DNA of 64,000 bases from Acidimicrobiia bacterium (lineage in GTDB: Bacteria > Actinomycetota > Acidimicrobiia > Spongiisociales > SHLN01): assembly GCA_041567895.1 (NCBI GenBank), contig JBFGAX010000001.1, positions 1,578 to 65,577 of the forward strand. Direction: 5' to 3'. Below, piece by piece: positions 59,880 to 64,000 of this stretch. The notes beneath the pieces are model-generated. The model had not been told where the DNA came from and made no database searches. It saw only the letters and a program-made list of their open reading frames with translations. Each line of letters starts with the position of its first letter. Position 1 is the first letter of the stretch. A program made the translations under genes and the position numbers.

Positions 59880-62494
59880 GCCAACAACTCCCGGGCCTTC
59901 TTCCCCATTGCCTCGACCGCCTCCGAAACATCATCACCACCGGGACCGCCCGCCATGGATAGTTCTGCATCCTTGCCGCCGCCACCACGAACGATCCTGG
60001 CTCCTGTGGCAACGATGTCTGCCGCGGACAAACCTTTCTGGACGAGATCCTTTGACAGCAGCACGACCAGACTCGCTTTGCCGTCTCGATTGGTACCGAG
60101 CACCACGACGGAACTTCCGAGCCGGTCCCGGAGCTGGAGGGCGAGCATCCGAAGACCGTCGGGGGTCGCGTCGGGAACCGTGGCCGCCACGACGCTCGAC
60201 GCTCCGATTGCCTCGGCAGCCCCGGCCAATGCTGCCGCCGCCTCGCTCCTGTGACGCTGCTCGAAGTCGGCAATTCTCTTTTCCTGATCTTTCACTCTTC
60301 CGAGTAACGAACCGATGGCGCCGGGTAACTCGGCCGGCGTGCTCTTCAGCAGGCCGGCGCCGGAACGGACTGTGTTACGAAGTTCAACGATGTGCAGGTA
60401 GGCATCGGTTCCGGTCAAAGCCTCAAAGCGGCGAATGTTGGCACCGATCGACGATTCGGTCGAGATCAGAAGTGGTCCCACCTGGCCGGTGGAAACGGTG
60501 TGAGTTCCGCCGCAGAACTCGAGCGAGTACCCACCGGCGGAGACGACCCGCACCTGTTCTCCGTACTTGTCGCCGAAGAACGCAACGGCACCCATCTTTT
60601 CAGCTTCTTCTTTGGTCGCCTCGATGGTTCGTACGCGATCGTTTTCGATGATCCGCTCATTGGTCAATCGCTCCACCTCGGCCAGTTCATCCGGTTCGAG
60701 CGCAGCGTGATGACTGAAGTCAAACCTCAAGCGCCCGGCTTCAACCAGCGAACCGTTCTGACGAGCGTGTGGTCCGATCACATCGCGCAGTGATGCGTGG
60801 AGAACATGGGTTCCTGTGTGGCTCTTGCTCACTCGCTCGCGCCGATCGTGATCAATCTCGGCGTGTGCATCCTGGCCAACGGCAACCGACCCTCGCACGA
60901 CTCTCGCCTTGTGACCGTGTAGTCCGGTCACTGGTGCCTGCGTGTCGACCACTCTCACCGCACCGGTTTCGGTAACGATTTCACCGGTATCACCCACCTG
61001 TCCGCCCCCTTCTGCATAGAAGGGTGTGCGGTCGACAAATAGCTCGACCTCTTCGCCTTCGGCGGCGGAAGTCACCATTTCTCCTTCGCGAACAATCGCC
61101 AGGATCAAGGCCGGCGACGTCTCGAGCTCGTAACCGACGAATTCTGTTGCACCGGCGCTGTCCAAAACGTCACGAATGATCTCTGCGGCCTGAAAATCGT
61201 CCGCATCGAACGACAGCAACCTGGAACGGCGACGCTGTTCTTGCATTGCTTCGTCGAATCCGTCCCGGTCCACGGTCGCCCCCCGTTCGCCGGCGATCTC
61301 GGTCGTGAGCTCGATGGGAAACCCGTACGTATCGTGCAGGCGGAAAGCGGTGCTGCCATCGATTCGGTTCTCCGTCGACTCTTCGAGCGCATCCTCGAGC
61401 ATTGCATAGCCGGTTTCGAGGGTGCGCCGGAACCCGACCTCCTCACGTTCCACGACTTCCTTGATGAAATCACGTTCCGCCCCAAGATCGGGATATGCGT
61501 CTGACATGATGTCGACGGTGATATCAGCCAACCCTGGTGTGACGTTGTCCTCGCAGCCGAGTTGCCAGGCATGTCTGACAGCTCGCCGGATCAGACGACG
61601 GAGGATGTATCCGCGCCCTTCGTTCGATGGTACGACGCCATCGCCGATCAGGAACGTCATGGTGCGCCCGTGGTCGGCGAGGATCCGGAGACTCACATCG
61701 GTGGTTTCGTTCTCGCCGTATTTCGTGTCGGTCGCCTGCGCCCCGAAGTCGAGCACCGGCCGGACGGTGTCCGCATCGAACACCGAATCCAGATCGTTGA
61801 GAACCATGTTCAGCCGCTCGATACCCGCCCCGGTGTCAATGCTCTTCTTCGGGAGGTCGCCTACAACGTGATAAGGAGCGTCCTGAATATTCTGCATGAA
61901 CACCAGATTCCAGATCTCGACGAACCGGTCTTCATCTCCTCCGATCGGCCCCCCGTCCTCGCCCCGGTGAGCACCCCGGTCGTAGAAGATCTCCGAGGCG
62001 GGTCCACACGGACCCGGAACGCCCATCTGCCAGAAATTGTCTTTGTCACCCCGCTGGAGTCGTTCAGGAGGAACGCCGACGCCGTCAATCCAGATTTCTG
62101 CTGCCTCGTCATCGTCCTTATATACGGTGAACCACAGACGCTCGGGATCTAGCCCGAATCCGTCCGTAACGAGCTCATAGCTCCAGGGAATCGCAAGTTC
62201 TTTGAAGTAATCGCCGAAGCTGAAGTTTCCGAGCATCTCGAAGAAGGTGAAGTGGCGATCGGTGGTCCCGATGATGTCGATGTCAGAGGTCCGGGCACAT
62301 TTCTGTATGGACGTGGCGCGTGGATACGGAGGCGGTTCATCGCCCAAAAAGTAGGGCTTGAACTGCACCATTCCGGCGTTGGTGAGAAGGAGCGTGGGAT
62401 CGACCGGTATCAGAGAAGAGCTCGCTACGATGACGTGGTCGCGCTCTGCGAAGAAACTCGAGAAAATCCGCCTGATTGAGTTGCTATCGGGCAT
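59876..62494 (-). CDS. alaS: Alanyl-tRNA synthetase
   Basis: 872 aa class II core, editing domain (HxxxH...CxxxH) and C-Ala domain. Confidence 0.95.
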   Translation of the reverse strand: MPDSNSIRRIFSSFFAERDHVIVASSSLIPVDPTLLLTNAGMVQFKPYFLGDEPPPYPRATSIQKCARTSDIDIIGTTDRHFTFFEMLGNFSFGDYFKELAIPWSYELVTDGFGLDPERLWFTVYKDDDEAAEIWIDGVGVPPERLQRGDKDNFWQMGVPGPCGPASEIFYDRGAHRGEDGGPIGGDEDRFVEIWNLVFMQNIQDAPYHVVGDLPKKSIDTGAGIERLNMVLNDLDSVFDADTVRPVLDFGAQATDTKYGENETTDVSLRILADHGRTMTFLIGDGVVPSNEGRGYILRRLIRRAVRHAWQLGCEDNVTPGLADITVDIMSDAYPDLGAERDFIKEVVEREEVGFRRTLETGYAMLEDALEESTENRIDGSTAFRLHDTYGFPIELTTEIAGERGATVDRDGFDEAMQEQRRRSRLLSFDADDFQAAEIIRDVLDSAGATEFVGYELETSPALILAIVREGEMVTSAAEGEEVELFVDRTPFYAEGGGQVGDTGEIVTETGAVRVVDTQAPVTGLHGHKARVVRGSVAVGQDAHAEIDHDRRERVSKSHTGTHVLHASLRDVIGPHARQNGSLVEAGRLRFDFSHHAALEPDELAEVERLTNERIIENDRVRTIEATKEEAEKMGAVAFFGDKYGEQVRVVSAGGYSLEFCGGTHTVSTGQVGPLLISTESSIGANIRRFEALTGTDAYLHIVELRNTVRSGAGLLKSTPAELPGAIGSLLGRVKDQEKRIADFEQRHRSEAAAALAGAAEAIGASSVVAATVPDATPDGLRMLALQLRDRLGSSVVVLGTNRDGKASLVVLLSKDLVQKGLSAADIVATGARIVRGGGGKDAELSMAGGPGGDDVSEAVEAMGKKARELLA

Positions 62495-62517
62495 GAGCGG
62501 CCAGATTACTACCAGGT

Positions 62518-64000
62518 CTACTCAGCGGGATGAGCTTCCATGGACTCTTCGACCTCGGGCCGAAGATCAATGCCGAGCTCAGTGAGCTGTTCGTCAGTGA
62601 CCGGACTCGGCGACGAGGTCAACGGATCAAACCCGGTCTGGGTTTTCGGGAACGGCATCACTTCACGAATATTCGGCTCATTCTGGAGTACCGAGACCAG
62701 CCGATCGATGCCGAATGCAAATCCGGCGTGGGGAGGCGTTCCGTAGCGCAGCGCTTCCAAGAACCATCCAAATCGTTGATGAGCCTCCTCGGGCTCTATG
62801 CCGAGGATGTCGAAGACTTCTTGCTGTACCGCCGGATCGTGGATTCGAACCGAGCCCGATCCCAGCTCCACGCCGTTGACCACCAGGTCGTAGGCTTTGG
62901 CCACGGCGGTCTCCGGCGAATCCCTCAGCTCTTCCACGGATCTCGGAGCCGTGAATGGATGATGCGCGGGCGCCAGTCCCCCGTCGTCAGCAACTTCGAA
63001 CACGGGAAAATCTGTGATCCAGAGAAATGAGAGATCGTCGTGTCCGTCGGGACGTCCATGATCGATGCGCAATTGGCCAAGCACCTGCGATGCCCGCCGG
63101 TGCTCGTCGGCGACGAGCAACAATACGTCCCCGACCTCGCCGTCCAGGGCGTGTTTGATGGCGTCCGTCTCGCTGGATTGGAGGAACTTTGCGACGGGCG
63201 AACGAATCGTGCCACCTTCTTCGATCACCATCCAGACGAGACCCTTGGCCCCGAGTGCTTTGGCTCGTTCGATGATCCCGTCGAGATGACTGCGGCTCGT
63301 TTCCGAGCCGCCGATGTTGATCGCACGAACAACTCCTCCTTCTTCCACGACAGTGGCGAAGGCTTTGAACTCTGACATCGCAAACACGCTCGACAGATCG
63401 GCTATCTCCATGCCGAAGCGCAGGTCTGGTTTATCGGAGCCGAACCGATCGATCGCCTCTGCGTATGTCATTTGTGCGAGCGGGAGGGTGAGCGCTTCAC
63501 CCCGAACCGCCGCAACGGTGTCCGAAACGACGGATTCGATCGTCGCCAGAACCTCGTTCTGTCCCCAAAACGAACCTTCGAGATCGAGTTGCGTGAACTC
63601 GATCTGACGATCTGCGCGGAAGTCCTCATCGCGATAGCAGCGGGCGATCTGGTAGTAGCGGTCTACGCCTGCCACCATCAACAGCTGCTTGAAGAGCTGG
63701 GGGGATTGGGGGAGAGCGTAGAAGTGACCCTGGCGATGCCTGCTCGGGACGAGCACGTCCCGGGCGCCCTCCGGAGTCGACTTGATGAGCGTAGGGGTCT
63801 CGACCTCCATGAACCCGGCCGAGTCCAGATTGTTGTGGATTGCAGCCACCGCACGGGACCTCGCTTTGAGGTTTCGAGACATCCGATCGCGCCTCAGATC
63901 TAGATATCGGTATTGCAGTCGAACCTGTTCGTCGGTCTCTATCGCATCGTCGAGCTGGAATGGCAGCGGTTGAGCGGTGCTGAGGACTTCGACGGTTTTC
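62518..64000 (-). CDS. aspS: Aspartyl-tRNA synthetase (C-terminal ~490 aa; N-terminus lies beyond the right edge)
   Basis: Class II motifs and a GAD insertion domain are present. The frame stays open upstream of the track start to the window end (...LPFQLDDAIETDEQVRLQYRYLDLRRDRMSRNL). Confidence 0.9.
   Translation of the reverse strand, partial: KTVEVLSTAQPLPFQLDDAIETDEQVRLQYRYLDLRRDRMSRNLKARSRAVAAIHNNLDSAGFMEVETPTLIKSTPEGARDVLVPSRHRQGHFYALPQSPQLFKQLLMVAGVDRYYQIARCYRDEDFRADRQIEFTQLDLEGSFWGQNEVLATIESVVSDTVAAVRGEALTLPLAQMTYAEAIDRFGSDKPDLRFGMEIADLSSVFAMSEFKAFATVVEEGGVVRAINIGGSETSRSHLDGIIERAKALGAKGLVWMVIEEGGTIRSPVAKFLQSSETDAIKHALDGEVGDVLLLVADEHRRASQVLGQLRIDHGRPDGHDDLSFLWITDFPVFEVADDGGLAPAHHPFTAPRSVEELRDSPETAVAKAYDLVVNGVELGSGSVRIHDPAVQQEVFDILGIEPEEAHQRFGWFLEALRYGTPPHAGFAFGIDRLVSVLQNEPNIREVMPFPKTQTGFDPLTSSPSPVTDEQLTELGIDLRPEVEESMEAHPAE

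Overview
This window is a high-GC chromosomal core region whose gene order matches Actinobacteria. About 60 of 62 protein genes sit on the minus strand, and gene ends are tightly packed with many ATGA/TGATG start-stop overlaps.

The housekeeping syntenies are:
- infC-rpmI-rplT-trmH-pheS-pheT-argF-mpg ... tyrS
- ribD-ribE-ribBA-ribH preceded by an FMN riboswitch
- rpe-fmt-def-priA-coaBC-rpoZ-(mihF/gmk)-pyrF-pyrD-carB-carA-pyrC-pyrB-pyrR-nusB-efp-leuA
- alaS-ruvX-mltG-aroE ... aroC-aroB

The accessory content is:
- a Liv-type ABC transporter with an embedded acyl-CoA ligase and a divergent PaaH-like dehydrogenase
- an orphan GAF histidine kinase divergent from a lipoprotein class-A PBP with PASTA domains
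- a REC-GGDEF regulator plus MFS pump between rpe and the rib operon
- a complete type IVa pilus locus (pilB, pilT, pilC, two pilins, pilD, pilM, pilN, pilO, pilP-like) inserted between aroE and aroC

RNA and regulatory elements I can see directly are an FMN riboswitch, a PyrR-binding loop over the pyrR start, three intrinsic-terminator hairpins, direct-repeat arrays upstream of pilA and pilM, and a non-AUG (ATC) infC start.

The findings worth a second look are:
- the pilus locus: PilT carries a PilB-type N-terminal c-di-GMP-sensor-like domain, a PilP homologue is present with no secretin, and there are candidate enhancer repeats
- an in-frame mIHF-Gmk fusion
- a TyrRS whose HIGH motif reads TLGW
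- a PriA with degenerate helicase motifs
- a GGDDF-variant diguanylate cyclase co-operonic with rpe

ORF boundaries follow the supplied track, which translates GTG/TTG starts as M. My hand-counted coordinates may be off by 1-2 nt in places.
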